DNA of 64,000 nt, from NCBI GenBank assembly GCA_036172245.1, contig JAYWIR010000037.1, positions 744,001 to 808,000 of the forward strand, written 5' to 3'. Every line of letters begins with the position of its first letter. The first letter of the stretch is position 1. Of this stretch, positions 52,765 to 64,000 are shown piece after piece. A program made the translations under genes and the position numbers. The notes beneath the pieces are model-generated. The model was not told where the DNA came from. It made no database searches and saw nothing but the letters and a program-made list of their open reading frames with translations. The DNA is from Raillietiella orientalis (Eukaryota).

Positions 52765-53201
52765 CGGGAGGGCCGGTGGTGGTCGCCCGCGCCATCGCCC
52801 CCGTGTGCCACGTGCTCCGGTGGACTGGACTCTACCGCTGCAACGAGCTGCCCTTCTTGCGCGGCGACATCATCGACGTTCTGGAGATGAATCCCAGCGG
52901 CTGAATCTGAAAGGGTGCGGCCCACGGGCGCGTGGACAACTTCAATTTCGTCAGCGATGACGTCATCCCGGAGGAGCCCCTTATCGCGCTCCGCTCTGGG
53001 ATTCCCGCGACGGCATCCCGCCAGCTTCGAGGACTGGCGTGCAGGAGGAGCAGCTGCAAAGCTACGTGCCGCTCCTCTCTCTCCATGGATACATCCCAAC
53101 AGGTGGAACAGCCGAACGATGGCGACCTGCGTGAACTGGGCGTGCAGGACCCTGGAGCCCTCCAGAGCTTCCTCAACACCTCCAGGTGGCTCACCATCTG
53201 A
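52765..53201 (+). pseudogene. Intronless SH3-SAM (SASH1/SAMSN1/SLY-family-like) pseudogene
   Basis: SH3: RAPVDWT / ELPFLRGDIIDVLEMNPSG*I*KGAAHGRVDNFNFVSDDVIPEE (SASH-type GDIID..G.W.G..KVG.FKF..VDV). SAM: SFEDW / LQSYVPLLSLHGY / DGDLRELGVQDP. Has in-frame stops and frameshifts. Confidence 0.8.
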
Positions 53202-56200
53202 GACGGCCGCTCATGACCCGAAGCAAGTTCTGCGGAGCGAGGGGAACCCGACCTCCCTCACTTCTGGCCCCTCATGGAAGGGCAAGCGCCTCTCCGGCCT
53301 CCAGGGGCACCGCGGAGGCCGAGAGCGGCAAACAATGAGCACGCCATGAGGGTATCCGAGGGAACGAGAAGCCCCGCCCACCTGAGGCTCTTGCCTTCCT
53401 GCTCTCCTCGTCTGCTAGCCCGCAGCCTGCCTCGAAGACTCCAGCCTTCCCCATGGGATCCGTGAAGGTGTGCCAGGAGTTCCCCCCCCTCTCCGGCCGG
53501 CGCGCCCGCACGCACGAGGGCCAATCCGTTCGCCTCCCGAGCTCACGTTCTTCGTCTCCATCCGCCCAAGAGATCGATCCGAGGTCCCAACACGAGGGTG
53601 CGAGGGCGCTCCTCTCGAGATGCACCTAGCGGGGATTGGTGGAAGCTTCCCTGACTTCTGGAGCACGCTCAGCCTCCAAAACATCGAGAGCGGCAGAACA
53701 CTTCGGGCAGGAGCTTGAAGTGGCTCCTGAAAGCGTTCCATTTCGCTTTCTCAGACAGCCGCAGGTGCGAGCGTCCTTGCATCAGTGGGGCAAGAGAGGT
53801 GTTTCCGGGACATCGGGACAGGAGTACGCTCCTTGCTTTCCCCTTCTCATCGCAATACGTTCCCGTCCTTCCCGTTCTCCAGCAGGTATCCTGGCTTGCC
53901 AGTGCTGAAGGGGTTTAGGGATCTACGAGCAGTGACCTTGGACCGCGGAGCTTCCCGGATCGCGGATGGAAGGTGAGATCGAAGGAAGGCGGAATCGGGA
54001 AGCTTTTTCGTCCCACTCCGGAGGCCCACCAAGCCAGCGGCACCAAAACAGAGGAAGGCCAGGGTCTTGCTTGAGCCAACCTCTCTACCGAGAAACAGCT
54101 GGCTCAAACTTTCCATTTAGCTGCCACAACCTTTGGACAGGTCAGCGGCCCCGCACTCGAAGGAGTCCTTGCAGTCGACCCCTCGGCCGATCTCGGACCG
54201 CTTAGCTGCTTCGTCAGGAACTGAGGAGGGGCTCAGTTGCACGCTGGAGGGATGGTCCGCAGCATCCTCCCTGCATTCATCCTGCTGTCCGCCTCGCCCG
54301 TTACAGAGCAGCTCCCTTCCATCTCTCCCAGAATCGAGGGTTCTCCTTAAAGGGACTTCCTGCAAATCCGGGAGAAACCACTAAACGCGATCTTCATCCT
54401 ACCTAGAGGAGGGTTACTGCTGGAAAATTCCAGGATCGAAATTGGGATACGAAGAGGAGGAGTCATTCCCTTCCCCTTTTTTCGTGCCCATTTTCCACCT
54501 ATCCTGCGAACAACGGCTCCTTAGCGCGAGCTCTCTGGCTCCAGTTTTCCCCGAGAAGTGACATCACCGTCAAGTCTTCCACGTGCAGCGGAGATCGACG
54601 ATCAGCAGTGGCTCCAGCTCGTCCCGGCTTGCCGCCCACGCAGAGAGAGAGTCTTCTCACTATTCTCTCTCCAAAGTTCTCCCTCTGCATTATCTCGCTG
54701 TGCTTCACCCCACACCTTCAACCCACCGGTGAAGCGAAAGGTCACTGTCGCCCATAGAGACACCACCGGATCTTCGCGCACGCTCCCGTCGCTTGCTCCA
54801 CGAGTGGGAAGCATCATCTTGCGAAGTAGATGGTGTCTCTCATCTTGTCCCCCACCTAGTCCCACTCTCACAGGCTCAGACACCACTCGCACGCGCGCGC
54901 GCCTGCGCGGAGGTGCCCTCGCGTTCTTCTCGGAAGGCTCCACACGAAGGCCGTCGTGTCGAGACGAGGAGATAGAGGAAAACAAGGAGGGAACGGGGAG
55001 AAGGAAGACGTGATCAGACCAAGCGACAGCCCTTGAAAGATTCCGGCAATTTTTTTCCCCTCCTACCCTGATTTCCCCCCTCCATCCTCCTCTTCCGATG
55101 CTGCCGAAAGTTTCAGTCAGGACCCTGCCTTCCTTGATCCTCACTGGATCCGCACTCTGGTGGCGACCAGGAGCGACCGCACTTCCCGTGCGACGGCGCT
55201 GCCGGCTCAAATGGCCGAGCACTGCAGAGGCTTTGCAGCCGCGGAGACGGTCCGACAGGCCCTTAGAGGGGAAAAGCTCCCCCGCTCCCCAGGGACGGAG
55301 CCCGCAGGAGCAGGGAGAAGGAGACGGGAGAGGTGCGAGAGTTTCGCGATCTCCCGGGAGACCCCCCGGGGAAGTCTCGGAGGAACGGAAACGATGCTCC
55401 AGCTGCGAGGAATGTGTCCCTTCTCTCGCCTCCTCTCTCTTCTGCCTTCCCCCCGATCCCTGCGATGCTGGCAGTAGGTGCACGCGTACCGCCGAGTCGC
55501 GAATGATGTCGGGAAGGGGAGAGAAAAGCGGAGTCTGCAACTCTCTCGCGGCACGTGAGGAGCGCGTGGTTCCGAGCGCGCCGTTCGATCAAAGGGAGGC
55601 TCGAAAAATCTGGGAGGACGATAAAGGGAGGAGGAGGAGGAAGCAAGGGGAAGGAGGACGAGGAAGAAGAAGGGAGGAGGAAGAGGAAGAAGAAGGGAAG
55701 AGGAAGGGACATGGGTGGACAGGGGAACAGTGTGTGGGAGCCAATTGTTGGCGGGTGTGCCGAAAACCGCCAACTCCCTCGTGAAACGGCGGGGACGCGG
55801 CAGCGCCGGTCGGAAGATCCTCTTCGCTCGAGGGCACCGTTCCCCTCCCCCCACCCCTTTCCCCATCGCGACCTCGCACTCTCTCTGCGGTCTCGGAAGA
55901 GCGGTTGGCGGGACCTCCGGGCAGCTCGGTGGCTTTCGGAGCGCGGGATTTCCTGACCAGACCCGTGCCACCAGGAGGAGGGCGACGCAACGACCGACGC
56001 CGCGCTTCGTCCGCCTCTTCCTCCTCTCCCAAGGAGGGGGAAGGACCTTGATCTGTTGCAGCCGGTTGCGACGAGAGGGTAGGAAGGAGACGGGGTCTGT
56101 CCCTGGTCCTGGGTCCGGGAACCATCCTGCTGCCCCGCCCACGCCTTTCCGAGAGGACATGCATCGGCGTGGTGTTCGGGAGAAGAGCGTTACGCTGCAC

Positions 56201-56899
56201 GCCGCGACTCCCTCAGGGTCATTCTACCTTCCCTGGGGTGGTCCTCCCTGATCCCGGAGGAGGTGGGAGACCCTCAGCGCGCTCCGCGCAAACGTTTAGG
56301 AGGTGGAGGGGACCGTCGCCGCGCGACCGCGCAAATGAAAGTTCACCCCGTCCAGCGCGGCGCCAGGGGAGGCACCCGGCAGGTTCCCCCGGTCGCGGTC
56401 GACGCGACCTTTAGGCCGTCGGCGGATACATCGATCGTCCGGCTCCTGCGGGGAAGGCCCGTCGAGTCGAGCAGCCCTTCGTCCCGGCGCAGGGCTCCCG
56501 GCGCCTTCTATTCCCTCTCGACCGGGCCGTCCTCAGGGATGAAGTAGGGAGCGCGCGAGCTGCACCGCTCCATTTGCTCCTCCGCATTCCGTGTCCTCCT
56601 GGGATGTTGCTCGAGGAAAAGGAGAGGAAGGGGGAAAGGCGGAGGGAGGGCAGTCCCGGCAACTGCAGCTCTCCGACAGAAAGCCGAGAGAGAGCGGTGG
56701 TCGTGGTGGCCTGAGGGGTCCTCAGAGCATCTTCCTCGTTCGATGTCATCCTGACCGAGAATCCACTCTTCTTTTCAGGAAGGCAGCGGAGGAGTCACCT
56801 TGGCTGATCTTCATCCAGGTCCCCTCGTCTGCCGCTCATCGGGCTCCCAGGAGAAAATTGCAAGCCAGGTCCACCCCTTTCACCTTTCTTCCGCACCCC

Positions 56900-58050
56900 A
56901 TTCAGGAATTCGATTTCCTGCACTTGCCGTGGGTGTGACGGTGCAGCAGCCTATCTGGGAGTCTTCCGTCTTCATCCCGAACGATCTCCTGTTCGCTCCC
57001 GTGGCAACACGATTTGCATTCCACAGTAGATGAACCTCGTCACTCGTTCTTGAAAAGTACGGAACGTTCAGAGGTGAGCGCCTCAGGCGCGGCATAAAGC
57101 TATTTACAAGGGCAGCACCGGATGGCAGGAAGCTCTCTCCCTTCTCGATCGTCCCGTGATCCCGCAGCCTCGCATCGATGTGCAGAAGGCCAGGCGCTTC
57201 CACAAGAACCCAGACCGTAATGAGCCGCTACTGCTGTCGGGGACTTGCCGGAACAACAAACACTCTTTCCCGCTCGTTCCGACGGACGGACCCGCCAATT
57301 TCCCGGACAGGTTGGAGGATCGCACCGAAAGCTGCAGGAGGGACAAGCCAGCCTCCCAGGATAGGACCAAGGGGAGAAGACCAAGGTTGTTCCAGATGGA
57401 CTGGAACGGAAGAAGCGCCTCCATCCTGGAAGACGACCGGGACGCACGAAAGACAAAATTTACGAACGCAAAAATGGGCATCCTGGTGGATGTGCTGGTG
57501 AAAATGGGGACTTATCCCCGTCAGTGAGGACATTCTGGCATTCTTCACCCTTCACGTCGCAACAGTCCTTACCAGAAGGTCAAACGTCGAAAAGGGCAGC
57601 AGCGGAAGAGGAAGTTGAGCGACTCCTGAGCGAGGAGATTGTCATGGAAAGGTAAGGAGATGTCCCAGCAGAAATCATGCAACACGGACCGAGGAGAAAT
57701 GCAAACATGAAATCATGAACTGCAAGGAGACGGAAGACAGAACCCCGCATTCCCATTGCAACTCTGTGAGGGGCTTGCCATAAATTTCGCAAAGCTTCTC
57801 ATCATAATGAGAAGCAAAGCACCACCGACATTAAAGACAAGGCGAAGCAAGAAGAAATCCTCCCGGAGGCGGTCCAAGCCCTGTTCGTTTCGTAGTGAGG
57901 CTCACACCAGCGGCGGCTGCGGGGATGCTGAGGGCTGTTACATGGCGGATTCAGGGCAGTTTCTATATCTGGTGACTTCAAAATCCATTAGATGATCCAC
58001 TTTTTTTTTATTTTATTGTTCAAATTGGCCAAAGATGCAGTCCAAGAGTA
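56900..58050 (-). mobile_element. Degenerate L1/Tx1 ORF2 reverse-transcriptase remnant
   Basis: Ordered motifs: DIETALN, GLDRLREDFF (~PGLDGLP.EFY), DEK/FAKFMA, FHDNLLAQE, IHQ/GCP (~IRQGCP), ALVNSFMPRL, LLWN. Confidence 0.65.
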
Positions 58051-58569
58051 CCGGACCGCACTCAAATCCTGGCCCACGTGAACGGTATGTCTGGGATCCG
58101 CTCCACTAGAAACCTGCGGAGAAGTCAGCATCTTCCTCTGTAGAGAAATATACAGGCATACTGTAAAGACTGAAACAGCAAGCAGAAGACGGTGAGCAGA
58201 TTGCAAAGAAGCTTGCTGGAAGGTCATGGAGATTCGTCAGAAAAATCCTCTGGGCCTATAAGCAGAAGTCTTTCACCCAGCCACGCCGGGCGTTTATTCC
58301 ATAAAGGAAACCAGCTGGGAAAACGCTGGTTCCCAGTCGAAGACAAATGAAATTCAAAAGGAGAGTCCACCGATAAGCAGGTTAGGACATCTGAAAGTCC
58401 GAAAAGGGAGAGGAAGGGGACAACAACAAAAAAAATAAGGAAGTACGGGAAGGATGGCACAAGAGAGTCTTTGGTACTGCTCCGTATTCACCATAATAAA
58501 TGAATAAAAACCCAGGAAAGGCCTGGAGAGAAAGGGAGTAAAGAATGACAGAAAACTAAAAATTAAGGG

Positions 58570-59520
58570 AGGCTGAGGACAAGAGTCACCGGTGTCGGCC
58601 GTTCCTTCATTTCAGAACCAGCTCTGGATGTCGGCGATCTCTGCCTCCACTTCCTCCTTCTTTCCAAATAAGGCCACCTTGCAGCCGTCCTCACGTGGGT
58701 GGCGGCCGCCATCCCAGTGACCTCCTTGTCTGCGTCGTCGTCTCCAGCGCTATGACACGACCGTGACGATGGCATGGATGCTACCGTTAATTGCCATCTC
58801 CGCGTCCGTCGAAAGTCCTCTCGGTACGAAGAACCGTCGCAGCAGGTAGTGGGCAGTGTCCTCCTGGTGCAGGAGTGCTGCTGCCAGCCTCTGCCACAGT
58901 TCCTGGAGGGCCCCGCAGTGTAAAAGCAGGTGCGGGATCGACTCCGCCGATCCGCACCTGGAGCAATTCGGGAATGCAACCCCTGCGGAAACGAGGCTCG
59001 TTGCATTGGAATCCGCAGTGCAGAAAGAGCAGCGCAGCCTGTTTCCAGGAAAGCGCAAACGCAGGAAGTTTTTCGTACATTGGGCAGGGATCACAATATT
59101 TCTCGTGGGCAACGCTCAGAAATCGACTCCACCGAAGGAGTCGAGTCGCCAGGGTACGCGGAGTGGCAGCATCCACCAACTTCCAGCCACCAAGGAGCTT
59201 CGTTTTTCTCGCGATGGTGCAGGAAAACTCCCACCTCCCCGGTCGGCAGCGGTCGTCGCTTGCCCTGGCGGCAGACAGAGCTGCGGCAAGTGGCGTGGAG
59301 GTGGCCAGGGTCGACCACTTTTCCGTATTCTGCATCACCACTTCCGAAGGTTGTGGTAGCGAATACCTCAGGAGACAAAGATCCTTCGGGTGTAGTCACT
59401 GGCATGCAGTCCAGGAGTCAACAGCTTCCTGCCTCCAGGCATTAGAGTTCGTTGAGCGGTAGGGGACCCACAGCTGGGTTTCCAGTAGGGAGGCGAGTTG
59501 CCTCAAAGAGAAGCCGAATC
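58570..59520 (-). mobile_element. L1/Tx1 ORF2 3' part with zinc knuckle
   Basis: CSRCGSAESIPHLLLHCGALQELWQRL (~58965-58885) is the canonical C..C...ES..HLL..C......W. Confidence 0.8.
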
Positions 59521-59819
59521 CTCGCATCCTGTAATCTCTGCATCCAAGCAGAAGCCATCAAAGTCGGTGCCTGTCAAGAATGCCTGTCCTCAGGTGTCAT
59601 TTTGTCACCATCTACCTTAAGGAAATGATGTCTTGGACCATATAGGTAATGTAAGCTGTCAAAACAAAGTGGTCCATTGTCAGGAAAACGGAAAACATTC
59701 CCCTAGGAAAGATTTCATTCCATTTTGATCCTGAAGCATGGTGGGGATTTCGCATGTACCAAAATTTGATTCAGTCATAGAAACCATGCTGAAGGTTATC
59801 AGCAGATAAATGTGAAACA

Positions 59820-60900
59820 GAGAAACTGTGATACTGGAAAAAAAAAAGTCAAGAAGGAAGATGGTGTGGAAGTGAGGAAGAGAATGTGGGATCTTAAAAG
59901 CCCTTCTTTGTGCTGGTAGAGGGCGGTCGAAAGAATGTGAGGTTCCTTGCTATTCACTACAGAGGAGCATACGGCACATCACCACCCAAACAGAACTTCG
60001 CATCAGAGTGAACGCCTTTGAGTTCTTGAGAGCTGCACACGTCTTTGCGAGGTAGATTTCTGGTAGCTGAAATTGGAAATCCATAGAGGACAGAAGAGCC
60101 TACATGTACTGGGATCCAGCTTGATGGCTAAGACCAAAAGTGACCTTTGTCTCAACTCTCCAGGCATTCTTCCTTTCATAAAGGCCGAAAGATATACTCT
60201 ACCAAAAAAAGTTCTCCGTAATGGATCAGCACTCTCCATTTTGGTTACTGCATTGGTTGCAAATGACCTTGTCGTCCTTTTCGAGAAAACAGCACGCTGG
60301 CATTTCGGTATTTCGGATCTTCCATGACTTGTCAAGAGTTGTGTCAATAGAGGAATATATAGATAGGTCGTTTTTCTTTTTCTTGCCACAGAAACTGACT
60401 CAGAGCGAGGTTTGGTTAGAGAAGACATCTTCAGGGACCAAGGCCCGTGGATGTTTGACAGTCGACCACTCCATCCTCTATTGACTCCTTCTCGTATCAT
60501 AATGTTGATTCGGAAGAAATGGCGGGCAAGGACTCTAAGACTGCAGTTTGGTAGTCAGCCTCCACTAGAAGCATCTGTTCAGCCCTTGCAAATTCATTGA
60601 ACACCTCAAATGCAGATCAGCGGACCAGGTGCACTTCCCTTCTCGATCGGCATCTGTGCTTCAGCAGCAAAGAGTGGGGTTGTCGTCTGAAAATCCATGC
60701 CTTATGCAGTTCGGAAGTGCTAGACCTAATTTCTTTTTTTTTTTTTTTCTCGGAAAAGAATGAAGTGGGAGAAAATCTTGCGCGGATCGAGTTCGCAGCC
60801 TTTAGCTTCAGGGCCCGAATTTATCAGTCATGCCAATTCTTCTTGGCTGGGTTTCAGCTTTGTGCGAGCCTTCCGGTGTTCCAATTATGTAGGTCTGTGA
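59820..60900 (-). mobile_element. Degenerate L1/Tx1 ORF2 linker and RT N-terminal remnant
   Basis: AFMKGRMPGELRQRSLLVLAIKLDPSTCRLFCPLWISNFSYQK (~F..G.MP...SL.LIPK.DP....FRPISL.N..YK), with SIRARF upstream and LLDF downstream. Confidence 0.6.
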
Positions 60901-62999
60901 TTTCTGTGATTCCGAGAGGGAGTCCTAGTAAATGTTCCTACTGTGTTGGATTTCAGAGTAGGAATATTCCTGCCGAACTGGTCCACCAGCAGTTTTGGAA
61001 TTCCCAAGGGTAAGCGCACGATTCCTTACGGAAATGTACTGTACGGAAAACGCAACTCGGAAAATTCCTTCGCGATGGACAGAGTGCCCCTGGATCATCA
61101 AGACAGGAGCAGAGATGATAAGCACAGTGCACCAAGTTAAATGAATTAGCTCTCTTGGTGTGCTCCCAGAGGCGCACGCATGCGTTCTACTCGGCATGTG
61201 TTTGCAGCTGCGACATTTACCAGTCATCATGAATAAATCCAACTCTTTGTGCATGAGCACGAAAATACAGATATGCATATTCGTACAAGGGTATATATCG
61301 AACGCGCAGCATCTTTGGTTGCCGAAATAGATGGTTTCTCGTCCACTATCTGCGATGTGGAATGAACGCAGTAGACGGAAATGAAACTGTAATTAAAAAT
61401 GAAACAACGGCGTAATCAAGTAAGGAAAAGGCGCACGTTTCCTGCTTTTCCCTCCCCCCCTTGATCTGGAACAAAAGATACAAGGGGAACACACACACAC
61501 AAAAAAACTGTTTGTAAGCTGCTATGTAAGTGGAATCGCAGCCGGAAATTTTTGTGCGATTCTTGGAACAGCAATAAAATACCTCGGGAGGAGTATTATT
61601 CCCTGAAGACGAAGACATAAGACGCACGCTGTGTCGTTCCCATGTTCAGAACGCATCAGTCAAACCCATGCCGAGTCATGGGCATCAGAAAGTTGCAAGG
61701 GAGTGGGTCTTCGGTTTCTAAGGCATCAAGAGATGAGGAATTTTCTAGGGCGATCTGCGAAGCACCATCCGGAGTCCACTGACCACCCATGACGAATCAA
61801 ACGGCGTTGTGAATTTCGAGCTTCAGAAGATGGACCTGCGTCAAAGGACCTAATTGAATATCGGACAAACTTTTCCTGGAAGCGCCGGAAGCGACTGGAG
61901 ATATCTCAACAGGAGCGAAGTTTAAGAAAACGGAGAGCAAGTACTCTTTGCCAAACGCGAAGTACTTGCTCTCGAGGAATTTTTTCAATTAGGGAGCCAT
62001 TTTAAAGCTCTCTTTCGGAAAAATCAAGATCACCCCATGGGTCTCAGTGGTTCTGTCCCCATATGCGACCCAATCACACCAACCGCTCGGTTTATTTATT
62101 CAATCAAGGCGCGGTGTGCTTCCAGCTGTAGTGGAGGCAACGTTCGGGAAGACTCAGTGATTCAATTGGGAGAATGCGGAGAAAGAAGTCATGCGTCGTT
62201 ACATTACGATGAAATAAATGAAACGCCTGTTCACGGAACGGAGGAATGTAAAAGAGATGGCTTAGATTTCAATCTCGTGCTGTCTGCACGTTTCCGATGG
62301 GAATCAAATAAAATCATTAAAGCAGGCGAGAACATAATTAGAAATTCAAATTTTCGAACCGCGTCACGTCAGCAGAATCGGAATTGGAATTCGTCAGTCA
62401 GGAGAAGAAAAAGAGAGAGAGAGAGAGAGAGGAGGAGGAGGAGGAAGAAGAAGCAAATAAGCAAGAAAGCAGTGGGCATTTTTTGGGATTCTTACAAAAA
62501 CATGCGTTGTTGTTCCCTCTGTAGGGGAAATCGGTGTATGTTTGGTCGTGCTGAACCGGAAGCGAACATCATGTAATCTTAAGAGGGAAACAACCCACGC
62601 CGCAAAAGTCGCAGAATGCACAACAAGGTTGATGCTCAGCTTCTGTTGATGTTTCTGTGATGCCTAGCGGCAGGCTGTGCGCAGCTGTTTGGGGAGCACC
62701 TACAACTCCTCAGCCAAGTTGAACAGAGGTCGACCAGCGGGGAGGCGAGTTCAGCTGCCGAAACGACCTTGTTTCGCGATCATGCCTCGGCGGCCCAATC
62801 TGAATGCCTCCGGTTTACCGAACAGATTCCCGACTGGTAACTGGTAACGGAATGATTTGAAATAAACTTCTTGCTGCAGAATGCTGATACTCAATGCAGA
62901 TCAGGAAGACGCGGAGTGGGACGAGTGTCAAGGAAGCGAACGCTGCCAAGTAAGAAAATTATATTTCCTGAGCCAATAAAGCCAATCCTTTGTTGACAG

Positions 63000-63270
63000 G
63001 GCAGGAAGGACATTTTCCTCCATCGCTAGCAGATGGAGCTACGTGCCCGCGGACTGGGGTCGACAGCGAGTATACAGGAACTCTGCCGCCGACACACCAT
63101 CATGAAACAGGAAAGGCCGTCGAGCTTCTCCACGAATCGGGCGGCCAATTCCCAAATGGGTCCTAGAGATTTCCCAGAGCAGCCCTGCAGAATCCTTTCA
63201 TCGTGGAGACAGTGGATGGAGACCACCGCCACACTCACACTACCTAAGAAAAGGCGGCTTATTCGAAACC
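63000..63270 (+). pseudogene. Death-domain-like remnant
   Basis: IASRW / ELRARGLGSTASIQEL ... DFPEQPCRILSSWRQWMETTATL matches W..LAR.LG ... D..EQ...L..WR.....ATL. Preceded by a 50-nt GTAAG...CAG intron-like segment (62950-62999). Confidence 0.5.
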
Positions 63271-64000
63271 GCAAGCATGAACTACATGCTGAGCAAGCGC
63301 CACTGCGGTGCCAAAACCTTTTTGCTTTGCTGTGCATCTCACGAGGCACCGAGGAAGCGCTTCCGGGCTGGAGCGGCACCTCATTTCTTGGCGGCAGTCA
63401 AGCATCGCATAGGATTGTCGGGGGCTCTCGACGATGGAACAACGATGAGGAAGATGTGAGCAGTTCCGGAGCCGTGCGACTCGTGGTCACGTGACTAATT
63501 TTTTTTTTCTTTCCTCTGTCGGAAATTTGGTGATGACAGTTCGGGAGGAGGACGGGAAGGATCCTCTAGTCGAAACTGTATACTTATTCGAAGGATGGAC
63601 CGCAGACACTGCTGACCTCTTGAAATACCTTGAACAGATAATGTTCTAGACTTGGACTTGTTGATAAGCTGTCATATCAGTCCCCTAATGTAACCTCAGT
63701 GGACTTCCTTGTCACTGAGACACGTGTGGCACTCTCGATTGTGGATCATCAAATCCTCATTATGGATTTATTATGGATGATTGAGGACGTTCTTACACAA
63801 TCTCACGTACGTGGTCAAAGAGTCGATACATTCCCTTGGACGCCATAGCAAGGATGATCTCACTTAGCAGCCATTAAAAACACACACACACACAGTGCTC
63901 TTCTTTCCTGAACCCAGCTGGCAGCGGGCAGGCGGGCCCTGCCACGCCAGAGCATGGGAAGACGCCGACGGTTTCCTGCAGGTGCCGATCGCTCCCGTCT

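Noticed and set aside
54602..56200. Several overlapping 200-317-aa ORFs on both strands
   Set aside because: Expected from stop-codon scarcity at high GC. Compositionally biased, with no motifs.
63410..63427. RIVGG trypsin activation-like motif
   Set aside because: No downstream serine-protease motifs (PW, CGG, TAAHC).

Overview
This is eukaryotic, probably arthropod, genomic DNA with poly-A tracts, microsatellites and GT-AG introns. The first ~28 kb holds the 5' part of a phospholipase C-beta gene on the minus strand: five clean coding exons (PH domain into the EF-hand region), with the gene continuing off the left edge. Its long introns carry old LINE fragments and a hAT MITE. From ~29.5 kb to the end I find no intact gene. 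That region is a dense graveyard of L1/Tx1 and L2/CR1 remnants, decayed signalling-domain fragments (SH3-SAM, CARD-like, death-domain-like) and a visibly GC-rich block (~39-57.5 kb). The best finding is three clusters of frameshifted fragments that match influenza-type orthomyxovirus proteins by eye: PA-like (~31.6-33.1 kb), NP-like (~37.6-38.8 kb) and PB2-like (~43.9-45.0 kb). Each cluster is broken into alternating sense and antisense pieces, which suggests a piRNA/siRNA-cluster-like archive of endogenous viral elements (EVEs). All homology calls are manual motif comparisons against reference sequences recalled from memory and need confirmation by profile search.
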